DNA of 64,000 nucleotides from Trueperaceae bacterium (GTDB lineage: Bacteria > Deinococcota > Deinococci > Deinococcales > Trueperaceae), in contig OZ243913.1 of NCBI GenBank assembly GCA_965213705.1, positions 288,001 through 352,000 on the forward strand, in the 5' to 3' direction. How positions within the stretch are numbered: position 1 is the stretch's first letter; each line of letters begins with the position of its first letter. Both the position numbers and the translations under genes were made by a program. The notes under the pieces are model-generated. The model ran no database searches. It saw nothing but the letters and a program-made list of their open reading frames with translations, and was not told the DNA's origin. Below, one piece after another: positions 1 to 9,739 of the stretch.

Positions 1-566
1 AAAAAGAGCAGCGAGTCTTGAAAAGCTTGTAAGGTCGCGGGCGGCACGGACACGTCCTTGGGAATGATGTTGCGGCCGTGGTACTCGATGCGCTTCAAAC
101 CGCCCAACGCGCAAATCGCCGGGTCGTGGTAACCGCTCGCGCCCTCCAAAATATCGACCTCGACGCGGCAAGCCTCCTCGATGAGCTGTTCTTTCGTCAC
201 CACCTCGCCCTTGTAGGCGTGCAGCGCGTGAAGCAGCCCGACCGTCACCGCGCCCGACGAACCCAAACCGCTCTCGCCCGCCAAGTCGGCCATGATGACC
301 AGGTCCAGGGGTTCGTCCTGCAAGCCGGTCAGCTTGACGGTCTCGCGGATGAGGTCGTGTTTGATGTGCTCGACCTCGTTCACCTTTTCTTGCACGTCCT
401 GGTACTTGAGCCGGAAGTAGCCACCCAAGTTCTCTTTCAGCGCGATATAGACGTACTTGTCGACGGTGGTGCTCACCGTGACGCCACCGTACTTGTCGGC
501 GTAGCTTTTGAGGTCGGTGAGGCCGCCCGCGAAGGGGAGTTTGAGGGGCGTTTTGGAGAGAATCAT
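1..566 (-). CDS. GHMP-family sugar kinase (HddA/heptose-7-phosphate kinase-like), runs off the window edge
   Basis: Not in the ORF track. Manual translation from ATG at 566 gives MILSKTPLKLPFAGGLTD...DKYVY...GESGLGSSGAVTVGLLHAL...GYHD, which has the GHMP kinase GLGSS motif and the HddA-type N-terminus. Confidence 0.85.
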   Translation of the reverse strand, partial: MILSKTPLKLPFAGGLTDLKSYADKYGGVTVSTTVDKYVYIALKENLGGYFRLKYQDVQEKVNEVEHIKHDLIRETVKLTGLQDEPLDLVIMADLAGESGLGSSGAVTVGLLHALHAYKGEVVTKEQLIEEACRVEVDILEGASGYHDPAICALGGLKRIEYHGRNIIPKDVSVPPATLQAFQDSLLF

Positions 567-576
567 GTGGGCTTCA

Positions 577-1308
577 TCATAGGGTCTCCAGCTCGAGCAC
601 CCTTGCCACCACCGCACGCACGTTTTCTTCGGGTGAGGGCTGTGTGCCGCCCAGGTGCAGCCACTCGTCGGTTTTTACGAAGCCGATGGGGTGGCCTTGC
701 TCCAGGGCCAACTGCAAGTTCGGCATCATCCGGTATTCGCCGTGGCGCTGCGCGGTCATCAGGGTCAAAACCTCCGGGCTGAGTTTCCACAAACCGATGT
801 CAAAGTCGCCCACGCCGCGCCAAGCTTTAACGACCCGGTCGCCACTGACGCTCACCTGCAAGTCGGTTTTTTCACCCACGTGGCCGGGGCCGAGGGTTTG
901 AACGTTGGGGTAGGGATGGCGCTGGAGTTGTTCGAACAACTCGCTCGGCACATGGAGGTCGGCGAGCCAGGCGACGACGGGCTCCGTCGGTTTAGCCGTC
1001 TCGTAAGCGAGGTGCAGCGCGTGGCCGGTGCCGAGGGGTTGGGGCTGTTCGACGTAGGTGATTTTCAGACCTTCGTAAGTGTCTTCAAAGTACGCCCGAA
1101 CCTGTTCTTGAAACTGCCCCACGACGAGGATGAGTCGGTCTCGCTTAGAGTCGAACTCCGAACTGTTCACTAGGTTGCGCACCGACAGCTCTAAAAAGGG
1201 CCGCAAGCCCACTGGGTACATACACTTTTGCAAGTAGCGGCCCAGATGACCGAAGCGCGTACCCTTGCCTGCGGCCAGACAGAAGTAATCCACGCCAGAC
1301 GCTACCAC
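577..1308 (-). CDS. Sugar-phosphate nucleotidyltransferase (NTP_transferase family)
   Basis: LAAGKGTRF...KCMYPVG.RPFL and EQPQPLGTGHAL motifs; directly upstream of the GHMP kinase on the same strand. Confidence 0.85.
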   Translation of the reverse strand: MVASGVDYFCLAAGKGTRFGHLGRYLQKCMYPVGLRPFLELSVRNLVNSSEFDSKRDRLILVVGQFQEQVRAYFEDTYEGLKITYVEQPQPLGTGHALHLAYETAKPTEPVVAWLADLHVPSELFEQLQRHPYPNVQTLGPGHVGEKTDLQVSVSGDRVVKAWRGVGDFDIGLWKLSPEVLTLMTAQRHGEYRMMPNLQLALEQGHPIGFVKTDEWLHLGGTQPSPEENVRAVVARVLELETL

Positions 1309-1406
1309 GGCGTGGGCTTGGCGGGGGGGGCTTGGCGAGGTCGTGCGCGTGAACCCTGCTCGAGTCCACGACTCCCCGCAAACCAGGGTGCGTTACAATC
1401 GCAGCT

Positions 1407-2150
1407 ATGGAATTTTTGAGCGACCCTAACGCGTGGATAGCACTTCTCACCTTGACCGCCCTGGAAATCGTGCTGGGCATCGACAACATCGTGTTTATCT
1501 CGATTTTGGCCGGTAAACTGCCCGAAGAGCAGCAGGCGCGGGCGCGCACGATAGGCTTGCTCCTCGCCATGCTGACGCGCGTGGCGCTCCTCTTTTCGAT
1601 TGCCTGGCTGGTCGGGCTCACCGCGCCGCTGTTCGCCGTGCTGGGCCAGGAAATCTCCGGACGTGACCTCATCCTGATGGTGGGCGGGATGTTTTTGCTC
1701 TTCAAGGCGACGCGAGAGATTCACGACAAGTTAGAAGGCGAGCAGGGCGAGCGCGAGCGGCGCGTGGTGCCCTCGTTTTTGGCGGTCATCACGCAAATCG
1801 CGCTGCTCGACATCGTTTTTTCGCTCGACTCGGTGATTACGGCCGTCGGCATGGCGGACGAACTGTGGGTGATGGTGACGGCGGTGGTCATCGCCATCGG
1901 AATTATGCTGTTCTCGGCCGGACCCATCAGCGCTTTCGTCGAACGCCACCCGACGGTGAAGATGTTGGCGCTGAGCTTCCTCATCCTCATCGGCACCACG
2001 CTCATCGCCGAGGGCCTGGCGTTCCACATCCCCAAGGGCTACGTGTACTTTGCGATGGGTTTTTCGGTCTTCGTCGAGATGCTCAACCTGCGGCTGCGGG
2101 GGAGCAAGAAGCCGGTCGAACTGCACGAGCCGCACCTGGAGGAGACTTGA
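1407..2150 (+). CDS. TerC family integral membrane protein
   Basis: LEIVLGIDNIVFISI and DIVFSLDSVITAVGM motifs; TACAAT 7 nt before the ATG. Confidence 0.93.
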   Translation: MEFLSDPNAWIALLTLTALEIVLGIDNIVFISILAGKLPEEQQARARTIGLLLAMLTRVALLFSIAWLVGLTAPLFAVLGQEISGRDLILMVGGMFLLFKATREIHDKLEGEQGERERRVVPSFLAVITQIALLDIVFSLDSVITAVGMADELWVMVTAVVIAIGIMLFSAGPISAFVERHPTVKMLALSFLILIGTTLIAEGLAFHIPKGYVYFAMGFSVFVEMLNLRLRGSKKPVELHEPHLEET

Positions 2151-2202
2151 GTCCGTCAAAAGAGTGAGGCGCTACGAAGTGCGAACCGAGTAGACTGACC
2201 CC

Positions 2203-4089
2203 ATGCGACGTTTAGGTTTCTTGCTGTTGACGTTTTGGCTGGCGGGTGCGGCGGCAGCGCAAAGTTTCAGTTTACAGGACGTGCTTCAAGAGGTTTTCAT
2301 TTGGAGTGACGGCACGGTGCGGGTCGAGGACACGCGCTCGCTCGTGCTTCGGGGCGACTTTTCCGACCGCGTAGAAACGGGCAACACCTACTTTATAAGC
2401 GTAGACCCCAAGCAGGGCAGCAGCGTGATTTTCGAAGGGCTCGAGGCGCTGGACGGCGGGCTGCCCGTGCAAGCCCAAATCAACGGTAACGAGATTTCCT
2501 GGAAGGTGCGCGGCGCGAACGAAACGCGGCGCTTCAAGTTCAGCTACACCCTGACGAGCGAACTTGCTGTGGCGACCGACGTGGCCCGCTTCAACCGGCA
2601 GGTGCTCGAGCCCTCACACGCCCCCATTCGCGGCTATACCCTCGTCATCCACCCGCCCGCACCGAGCCCGGAGCAGTTCAAGGTGTTCATCTTCAACGGC
2701 TCGGGGCGCATCGGCACGCTGAACTTCGCGCCGGACTTTTCTACGGCGACGGTCGGGCTCGAGGCCTTGACCGAAAACGAACCGCTGCGCAGCGACATTT
2801 TGCTGGACGCTTCACTGTTCAACTTTCGCACCATCGACCAGCCGATGGAAGAGCAGTGGCTCAACGAACTCGGCGCGCAAACCGGCGACTTCCGGCGCGA
2901 GTCCGCGCAGGTGTTACGCGACGCCGGACGCGGGCCGCCGCCCGCGCCGCCGTCGCCGCTGTGGGCGGGGCTCGTCTGGGCCGGGGTAGTCGCGGCGGGA
3001 CTGTGGGTGTTCCGGTCGTACCAGCGCTACGGCCGCGAGCCCCAGACTCCCGAGGTCGGCCCGTACTACCGCGAGCCCGCCGAGGAGATTCCGCCGGCGG
3101 CGGTGCCCTTCGTCCTCAGCCAGTCGGACCCCGGCCTCAAGGCGGCGAGTCCGGCCATCGCCGCGACGCTGCTCGACTTCGCGCGGCGCGGCTACCTCAC
3201 GCTCGAGAGCACCACGAAGAGCGGCTTTTTGGGCCTCGGCACCTCCGAAGAGGTGCGCTACCACCTTGCGAAACAACCCGACAACCTCACACCCTTCGAG
3301 GCCGACCTGTGGAAAGCGTTCGAGGGCGCGGCGAGACAAGGCACGTTCGACGCCGACGACCTGAAGCGCTACTTTGAAAAACGCCCCAGTTTCGGCCAGA
3401 AGTGGGTCGCTAAGCCGCGAGCTTGGTACGAGTCCACCCACGGGTCGCTGCTAGATGGCGCCTCGAACGTTGCCGTGTTCACGGTGCCACCCGTTTGCTT
3501 CATGCTGGCGGCGGGCGCAGGTTTCGGGGCGTTTAGTGTGAACGACACCAGCGGCCTGCTCACCACGAGCCTGTTCGCAGGCGCGGTGCTCCTCGTCATT
3601 TTCGGCATCGTGGCCGCAGTAAGTTTGCGCCGCTGGGACGCTGGTAAGCTCTTAAACGCCAAACGCTGGGAAGCGTACCGCAAGTTTTTATCGGACTTTT
3701 CCTTGATGCGCGAGTCTCCCGCCGAACATTACAAGCTTTGGGATTATCACTTCGTCTACGCGACCGCGCTCGGGGTGAGCAAGCAGTACCTCAAAAACCT
3801 CCAAAAACTCATGAGCGCCGAGCCGGACAAGTTTGTCAGCCCGCCGTGGCTGTACGGCTACGGCTCGCCGGGCGGCCTGGGACGCGTTCCCACGCCGGGC
3901 GACTTGGAAACGCTGTCCCGCAGCCTCAACACCCTGTCGCAAATCGAAACGAACTTGGGCAACCTGAACAGCGCGCTCTCACCCCAAACAAAGACCGGCG
4001 GGGGCTTCAGCGGCGGGGGCGGGTTTGGTGGGGGCGGCTTCAGCGGCGGGGGCTCGAGCGGCGGCGGGGGCGGCAGCGGGATGCGTTAG
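2203..4089 (+). CDS. DUF2207-like membrane protein with signal peptide and Gly-rich C-terminal tail
   Basis: Signal peptide, ATLLDFARRGYL, WEAYRKFLSDFS...LWDYHFVYATALGV, and a GGFSGGG tail typical of DUF2207. Confidence 0.85.
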   Translation: MRRLGFLLLTFWLAGAAAAQSFSLQDVLQEVFIWSDGTVRVEDTRSLVLRGDFSDRVETGNTYFISVDPKQGSSVIFEGLEALDGGLPVQAQINGNEISWKVRGANETRRFKFSYTLTSELAVATDVARFNRQVLEPSHAPIRGYTLVIHPPAPSPEQFKVFIFNGSGRIGTLNFAPDFSTATVGLEALTENEPLRSDILLDASLFNFRTIDQPMEEQWLNELGAQTGDFRRESAQVLRDAGRGPPPAPPSPLWAGLVWAGVVAAGLWVFRSYQRYGREPQTPEVGPYYREPAEEIPPAAVPFVLSQSDPGLKAASPAIAATLLDFARRGYLTLESTTKSGFLGLGTSEEVRYHLAKQPDNLTPFEADLWKAFEGAARQGTFDADDLKRYFEKRPSFGQKWVAKPRAWYESTHGSLLDGASNVAVFTVPPVCFMLAAGAGFGAFSVNDTSGLLTTSLFAGAVLLVIFGIVAAVSLRRWDAGKLLNAKRWEAYRKFLSDFSLMRESPAEHYKLWDYHFVYATALGVSKQYLKNLQKLMSAEPDKFVSPPWLYGYGSPGGLGRVPTPGDLETLSRSLNTLSQIETNLGNLNSALSPQTKTGGGFSGGGGFGGGGFSGGGSSGGGGGSGMR

Positions 4090-4229
4090 CGTGGCGGAAG
4101 TCTCAAAATTTTGGTTTGTCACTGACTATCAGAGTCCCACATTAATAACTCACCAAGCAAATTTCTATACTTCTGAGTCGGAAATTTTTAATTTATGGTA
4201 AGAATTCCAATCCTTACCAAACCTTAATG

Positions 4230-4694
4230 TCAAGAGGAGTCAGTAGGGCGAAACTTTGCGTTCTCTGCTAACTTGAGCGCATACAATTTCTGCTCTGGTT
4301 TGGTTAGAGGCCAACCATTGATGTTAGCGTGCCGCGGTGGCTGATTATCGTAATCAACAATCAAGCCTAAATCGGTAACGTCCTTAACTAAAATCTCAGC
4401 ATAACCACGAAGTGTTTTGCCACTTGGATTTGCGACATACTCAATTCCGATATTTTGAACTTCAATCAGTGACAACTTATCTATTTGAAAGACCGACAAA
4501 TTCGGATAGGGGTGAGGAATAAAGGCTGCTGGTTTTACAGTCAAGTCGCTGCTTCTGTATTGATTTGAGGCAACGATGAATCTTGCCAAAGGAATATATG
4601 GAGCTAACTTAGCCTCATCTATTTTTTGCGAAGATCCTCGCCAAATAGCCCGCAATCGCCTGAGGAAATTCGTCAATGAAAATTTCTGAGCCAT
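4230..4694 (-). CDS. Hypothetical protein, possible ADP-ribosyltransferase-like toxin (start codon uncertain)
   Basis: Low-GC ORF with ARFI...VKPAAFIP...LSVFQID...HANINGWP. The ATG at 4694 overlaps the upstream gene by 80 nt. The fold call is inference. Confidence 0.65.
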   Translation of the reverse strand: MAQKFSLTNFLRRLRAIWRGSSQKIDEAKLAPYIPLARFIVASNQYRSSDLTVKPAAFIPHPYPNLSVFQIDKLSLIEVQNIGIEYVANPSGKTLRGYAEILVKDVTDLGLIVDYDNQPPRHANINGWPLTKPEQKLYALKLAENAKFRPTDSS

Positions 4695-5112
4695 ACGTGT
4701 TGTTGCGCCCGAATAGTCCGGCATAAGATAATTCATCACCTTCGCCAATACTTACGCTGAATACCTTATGAGGTCCAGTCTTCCAATCAAAGGAAATTTC
4801 TCCGTCGGGGTCAGAACTTATATCTAACGGGAGAAAGGTCAAGGGAAGACTGTCTATAAACCGTGAAGCATTATAGAAAATTCGTTGGTTAACCGCCTTA
4901 GCACCATGACCATCCCAGTTATTTTCTCTTGCCTCTAAATACACTTCGATAAGTGTTTGATGAGCATCAAGCCGGGGTTCTCCCAAAGAGTATGTTCTGT
5001 AGGTTTCATCGTTGGTCTCTTCAAAGGATCGACGAACGATGCTTGCAGCAGAACTTACCCCATTATCCCAAGAAACTCTAAAAGGGTTACTAGGTACTAC
5101 TGTAAGAGTCAT
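4615..5112 (-). CDS. Conserved hypothetical protein (NWDGxGA...PDGEISFDW type)
   Basis: 165-aa low-GC ORF, coupled to the TIGR04255 gene by an ATGA overlap at 5109-5112. Confidence 0.75.
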   Translation of the reverse strand: MTLTVVPSNPFRVSWDNGVSSAASIVRRSFEETNDETYRTYSLGEPRLDAHQTLIEVYLEARENNWDGHGAKAVNQRIFYNASRFIDSLPLTFLPLDISSDPDGEISFDWKTGPHKVFSVSIGEGDELSYAGLFGRNNTYGSEIFIDEFPQAIAGYLARIFAKNR

Positions 5113-5855
5113 TCGAACTCCTGAATCATCTTGTCAGTGAAGCTACCAAAGAATAAATTGGTTCGGAAACTTCGTAGTGAAACAAACACTTCCCGTATAG
5201 TTGCCTCATCGTCGGGCTCCAGTCGCTCAAAGTTTTTGTAGGCATCTATATCAAGAATCAGTGTAGCATATTCGCCGTTTACCTCAGGTATAAGGGTCTG
5301 CACGTGATTGGCTGTAAGGTCTTTCTCTGGGTCGTGAATTACGATTCGCGTTAAAAAACTACTGAAATAAGGTGGAGCACCTTCAGGTATATTTGGAGCA
5401 GTAATGAGAAGCTCCGAAAGTTCAGTATCGTCCGGGAATGGGTTTATCTGATTTATATACCTCACAGCCAAACGCGTAATAAACTCTGGAGAACAAAATT
5501 TCATATAGATGCTCCAGAGCCTCAAAGCACTAGGAAAGATATCTTCCCAACTTGTATAAGGGCTCAATCGGCTGAATGTAAACCCATCTACTCTAAACTG
5601 TACAACCTGGTTTTCCTCACGATTCCGATAGACATATCCACGGAATCCTTCAGATTCTACTTGTGATCTGAAATCTTCCCCAAATTCAAGTTTTCCCATA
5701 ACATATCTTTGAGTCTGTTTGATTGGATATTCCCTAACTATCGTTTGTCCAGCTCTCTCAAGTGAATCAGCTTCGAAACTTTCGGGCAAACTTACTCTAA
5801 AATCAATAAGAGCTTCTGTGATAGGGGCTTTGTCTAAGTGGCGGGGTATAGCCAT
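5109..5855 (-). CDS. TIGR04255 family protein
   Basis: APITEALIDFR, PYTSWE.F, RLAVRYINQI and LILDID motifs; TATACT 7 nt upstream of the ATG. Confidence 0.85.
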   Translation of the reverse strand: MAIPRHLDKAPITEALIDFRVSLPESFEADSLERAGQTIVREYPIKQTQRYVMGKLEFGEDFRSQVESEGFRGYVYRNREENQVVQFRVDGFTFSRLSPYTSWEDIFPSALRLWSIYMKFCSPEFITRLAVRYINQINPFPDDTELSELLITAPNIPEGAPPYFSSFLTRIVIHDPEKDLTANHVQTLIPEVNGEYATLILDIDAYKNFERLEPDDEATIREVFVSLRSFRTNLFFGSFTDKMIQEFE

Positions 5856-5988
5856 ACGAGAAAGTATACAGGTAGTTACCTACAATCAATAAAGAATTAG
5901 AAACTCTGGCTTGTTTTGTTAAGGGGGGTGAAAAGAAAGTGGGCTGCGCCAGGCGGTGCGGCTGTAAAGCGTGCGTTACCATACCTGT

Positions 5989-6822
5989 ATGCAAGACCTG
6001 AAAACGCAAAGTCTGAAAGAACGTCTCGGCCACATCATCTTCGAGACGGACACCCCAGCAAGTCGAACGTTCGACGTTGCCCTTCTCGGGCTCATTCTCC
6101 TCAGCGTGATCTTGGTCATGTTGGAGAGCGTGGCGAGTTTGCGCTTTCGGTACGGCTCTACTTTGCGGATGCTCGAGTGGGTCTTCACCCTCCTCTTCAC
6201 CGCCGAATACTTAGCAAGGCTTTACACCGCGCGCAACCGCCTGAAGTACGTGCGCAGTTTTTTCGGCGTGGTGGACTTTCTGGCCGTTATTCCGACCTAC
6301 CTCAGCCTGTTTATCGTCGGCTCACAGTATTTCATTGTAATTAGGGCGCTGCGGCTGTTGCGGGTGTTTCGAGTTCTCAAACTCATGAGGTTTCTCGGCC
6401 AGGCGAGCGTGCTGGCGAAAGCGTTGCGGGCGAGCCGCGAGAAAATCACCGTTTTCGTCGTCACGGTGATGATTCTGGTCACGCTCATCGGCTCGGTCAT
6501 GTTTTTGGTCGAGGGGCCGGCCAACGGCTTTACCAACATCCCCATCAGCGTGTACTGGGCCATCGTCACGCTTACGACTGTGGGTTATGGCGACATCGCG
6601 CCGCGAACGCCGCTGGGCCAATTTTTGTCCGCACTGGTGATGATTTTGGGCTTCGCCATCATCGCGGTGCCGACCGGCATCGTGACGAGTGAAATCTCGA
6701 GAGCGGAACGGCGGGCGGAGGCGGCAACACGGTGTCCAACCTGCGGACGCGCCGGGCACGACGCGGACGCGGAGTTTTGTAAGTATTGCGGGGAGAGTCT
6801 CGCGGTTGCCGGTCCAGGCTGA
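5989..6822 (+). CDS. Voltage-gated potassium channel (6-TM ion transporter) with C-terminal zinc ribbon
   Basis: S4 segment RALRLLRVFRVLKL, selectivity filter TTVGYGD, and CPTC...FCKYC. Confidence 0.93.
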   Translation: MQDLKTQSLKERLGHIIFETDTPASRTFDVALLGLILLSVILVMLESVASLRFRYGSTLRMLEWVFTLLFTAEYLARLYTARNRLKYVRSFFGVVDFLAVIPTYLSLFIVGSQYFIVIRALRLLRVFRVLKLMRFLGQASVLAKALRASREKITVFVVTVMILVTLIGSVMFLVEGPANGFTNIPISVYWAIVTLTTVGYGDIAPRTPLGQFLSALVMILGFAIIAVPTGIVTSEISRAERRAEAATRCPTCGRAGHDADAEFCKYCGESLAVAGPG

Positions 6823-6841
6823 GGGGCGACCGACGCAGCCC

Positions 6842-6930
6842 TCAATGAAAGGTTTTCCCCTCTCCCGCATCCTCTCTCAGCAACACTGCGGGCGTGAAGC
6901 GCGGGCCGTGCCGGGCCTCGAGCCGCTCGA
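6842..6930 (-). repeat. Diverged duplicate of the fadJ 3' end (other copy at about 7631-7720)
   Basis: Minus strand reads [28 protein letters not shown], compared with the FadJ C-terminus [29 protein letters not shown]. Confidence 0.85.
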
Positions 6931-6980
6931 AGTTTTCGCCTACATAAGTATGTGCTAAAGTTATGCTAAAGGAGTAAGCC

Positions 6981-7211
6981 ATGCGCGTGACGGTTCATGT
7001 CCCCGACCCTTTAGGCGAGGAAGCTGAACAAATAGCTGCGAGCAAGGGTATTTCCGTTTCTTCTCTGTACGCCGAAGCGGTGGCGCGCCATTTGCAAACC
7101 CTGAAGCGGGAAGAAGCCTTCCGGGAACTTGACAAACTCGTCGGCGCTCCCGTCGCGCCGGACTTTGATGAGCAGCTTGCCGCGTTGCGCCGCGACGACC
7201 TTGAGCGCTGA
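6981..7211 (+). CDS. Ribbon-helix-helix antitoxin (VapB-like)
   Basis: MRVTVHVPD...GISVSSLYAEAV RHH pattern; RBS AAGGAG; directly upstream of a PIN gene. Confidence 0.8.
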   Translation: MRVTVHVPDPLGEEAEQIAASKGISVSSLYAEAVARHLQTLKREEAFRELDKLVGAPVAPDFDEQLAALRRDDLER

Positions 7212-7222
7212 GGTCATCCGCG

Positions 7223-7621
7223 GTGGTGGTCGGTCTCGACACAGGCTTTTTCAAACATTTTCTCGAGGGTGACCCGACGGCTTTAGACGTTTGGCAACAA
7301 GTCAGGCTCGGCGAAAGCCACTTGGTCATCAGTTGTTTGACGCTGTTCGAACTTCAGCGCCTGGGTTTTAGAGGTGCGATTGCACTGGACAAAGTCACGA
7401 CCTTGCTGACCTACCTGCCGAACGCTTGCGAAATCGTTTGGCTCTCAAAAGAAAACGGACAACTTTTGGAAATGGGCGCACGGCTGGCGCATGGGAACGG
7501 TCTGGCGATGGCCGACGCGCTCATCCTGAGTTCGCTTCTTTACGCTTCTGCGGAGGTGGTTTACACCACGGACGAAGACATGTTTCGCTACCAAGCGGGG
7601 CCGAAAATGGTCAAGCTTTGA
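7223..7621 (+). CDS. PIN-domain (VapC-like) toxin
   Basis: Acidic PIN residues in LDT, SCLTLFEL, MADALI and YTTDED. Confidence 0.88.
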   Translation: MVVGLDTGFFKHFLEGDPTALDVWQQVRLGESHLVISCLTLFELQRLGFRGAIALDKVTTLLTYLPNACEIVWLSKENGQLLEMGARLAHGNGLAMADALILSSLLYASAEVVYTTDEDMFRYQAGPKMVKL

Positions 7622-7630
7622 CTGCGTTCA

Positions 7631-9739
7631 TCATTCGTAGAACTTCTTTCCCGTCTCCACATACTCTCTCAACAAAGCCGCTGGCGTGAAGCGTGGGCCG
7701 TGCTGGGCCTCGAGCCGCTCCAACCTCTCGAGGACATTCCCCGGCCCCTGCTCGTCCAGGTAAAAAAACGGCCCACCCAAAAACGGTGGGAAGCCTATTC
7801 CAAAGACCGCACCCACGTCGCCGTCGGCGGGCGTGGCGATGACGCCTTTTTGCAAGGTGTAGACAGCTTCGTTCACCATCGCCAGGCTCAGGCGTTCCTG
7901 AATCTCGCTTTTGGGGACGGTGCGGCGCTCCGACGCGCCGACGAAGGCGTAAATTTCCGAGTTGACCTCTTTGCTTTTGCCGTTTTCGTATTTGTAAAAG
8001 CCGCGGCCGCTCTTGCGTCCTTTGAGCCCGGCGTTCAGCACGTCGTCTCCCAGGGTGACGAGACCGATACCGCGCTCCGCAAACAGTGGGGCCATCACGG
8101 TTGTGACGTGCGCGCCCACGTCGAGGCCGACCTCGTCAACGAGTTTCAAGGGGCCGACCGGAAAGCCAAAGTCGCGCATGGCGGTGTCGATTTCGTCCAC
8201 GCCCGCGCCCTCTTGCAGCAGAACAAGCGCCTCATTGACGTACGGCGCGAGGATGCGGTTGGCGTAAAAGCCGGGTGAGTCCCCGACGACGATGACGGTT
8301 TTGCCCTGTTTCAAACCTACCTGTGTGGCGGTCGCCAGCACCCAGTCGGCGGTCTGCTCGGTTTTGATGATTTCCAACAGCGGCATTTTCGGCACGGGCG
8401 AAAAGTAGTGCATCCCCAACACGGTTTCGGGCCGCTGCGAGGCTGCGGCGATGTCCCCAATAGGAATGGACGAGGTGTTCGAGGCGAAGATGTGGTCTTC
8501 GGGCGCAACCGCCTCGACCTCGCGCAGCACGCTTTGTTTGACGTCCAGGGTTTCCAACACGGCTTCAACGGTGAGGTCCGCGCCGCGAAACGTGTCGTAG
8601 TCGGTGACGGGCACCACGCGCTCCACAACCACGTCGCGCTCGAACGGGGTCATGCCCTTGCCGACGCGCTCCGACACGTTTTCGTAGATGTTGCCCTTGC
8701 CCTTGGCGGCGTACTCGAGCTTCACGTCTTTCAACAGCACGTCATACCCGTTCTGCGCACTCACCTGCGCGATGCCCGCGCCCATCAGCCCTGCGCCGAG
8801 CACGCCGACGGTCTCGACGGGGCGCGCTTGGGACTTGAGCGGATTTTTTTCAGCCGCGTTTTTGGCGAAGAAGAGGTGGCGCAGCGCTTTGGACTCCGGC
8901 GTAAAGACGAGGTCGGCGAAGTTGTGCGCCTCGGCCTCGAGCCCCGCCGCCATTCCCTTTTCCATACCCGTGCGCACCGTTTCGATAATTTTGGGCGGCG
9001 CGGGGTAGTTGCCGCGCGTGCGTTTTTGCACCGTTTCGGCGGCTTTGGAGTAGACCATGTTGTTGAGCGGGGTTTTCTCGAGCACCGTCTCGAGCAGCGT
9101 GGTCTTACGTTTTTTAGAAGCAACCGTGCCGTCCACGAGGCCCTGAGCGGCGCGCTTGGCGGCCTCGAGCAACCCCTGTGGGTGAATCGTCGCGTCGACG
9201 ATGCCCATGTTCCGCGCGGGTTTGGCGTAGACATTTTTGCCACTCAGCATCATCTCGAGGGCTTTTTGCAAACCGACCGCGCGCGGCAAGCGCTGGGTGC
9301 CGCCGAGACCGGGCAGCAGCCCTAAGTTCACCTCGGGCAGCGCGAACAGGGTGCGCTTGTGCTCGGAGGCGAGGACGTAGTGGCAGGCGAGCGCGAGTTC
9401 CAGGCCGCCGCCCACGCAAGCGCCGTGAACTGCGGCCAGAATGGGTTTGGGAAAAGTTTCGACCCGGTTAAAAAGGGCGTGACCTTCACCAATCAGTCTG
9501 ACGACCTCGTCTTTCGTCTCAAACGCCGCGAACTCTTTGATGTCCGCGCCGACGATGAAGCTGTCTTGTTTGCGGCTGATGAGGACGACGGCTCGAGTTG
9601 CGGCGTCACCCTCTAAAGTGTCGAGGAGGTTGCCGAACGACCGCAGCACCTTTTGGCTCAGCGTGTTGACGCGCTCGCCCTCGCTGTCGAGCCACACGGT
9701 AGAAACGCCGTTTTTGGTGTGTACATCGAAAAAGGTCAT
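7631..9739 (-). CDS. fadJ: Fatty acid oxidation complex alpha subunit (enoyl-CoA hydratase / 3-hydroxyacyl-CoA dehydrogenase)
   Basis: Crotonase motifs [10 protein letters not shown] and [40 protein letters not shown]. Confidence 0.9.
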   Translation of the reverse strand: MTFFDVHTKNGVSTVWLDSEGERVNTLSQKVLRSFGNLLDTLEGDAATRAVVLISRKQDSFIVGADIKEFAAFETKDEVVRLIGEGHALFNRVETFPKPILAAVHGACVGGGLELALACHYVLASEHKRTLFALPEVNLGLLPGLGGTQRLPRAVGLQKALEMMLSGKNVYAKPARNMGIVDATIHPQGLLEAAKRAAQGLVDGTVASKKRKTTLLETVLEKTPLNNMVYSKAAETVQKRTRGNYPAPPKIIETVRTGMEKGMAAGLEAEAHNFADLVFTPESKALRHLFFAKNAAEKNPLKSQARPVETVGVLGAGLMGAGIAQVSAQNGYDVLLKDVKLEYAAKGKGNIYENVSERVGKGMTPFERDVVVERVVPVTDYDTFRGADLTVEAVLETLDVKQSVLREVEAVAPEDHIFASNTSSIPIGDIAAASQRPETVLGMHYFSPVPKMPLLEIIKTEQTADWVLATATQVGLKQGKTVIVVGDSPGFYANRILAPYVNEALVLLQEGAGVDEIDTAMRDFGFPVGPLKLVDEVGLDVGAHVTTVMAPLFAERGIGLVTLGDDVLNAGLKGRKSGRGFYKYENGKSKEVNSEIYAFVGASERRTVPKSEIQERLSLAMVNEAVYTLQKGVIATPADGDVGAVFGIGFPPFLGGPFFYLDEQGPGNVLERLERLEAQHGPRFTPAALLREYVETGKKFYE

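Noticed and set aside
3995..4089. G-rich low-complexity repeat
   Set aside because: It encodes the ordinary Gly/Ser tail of DUF2207 proteins.
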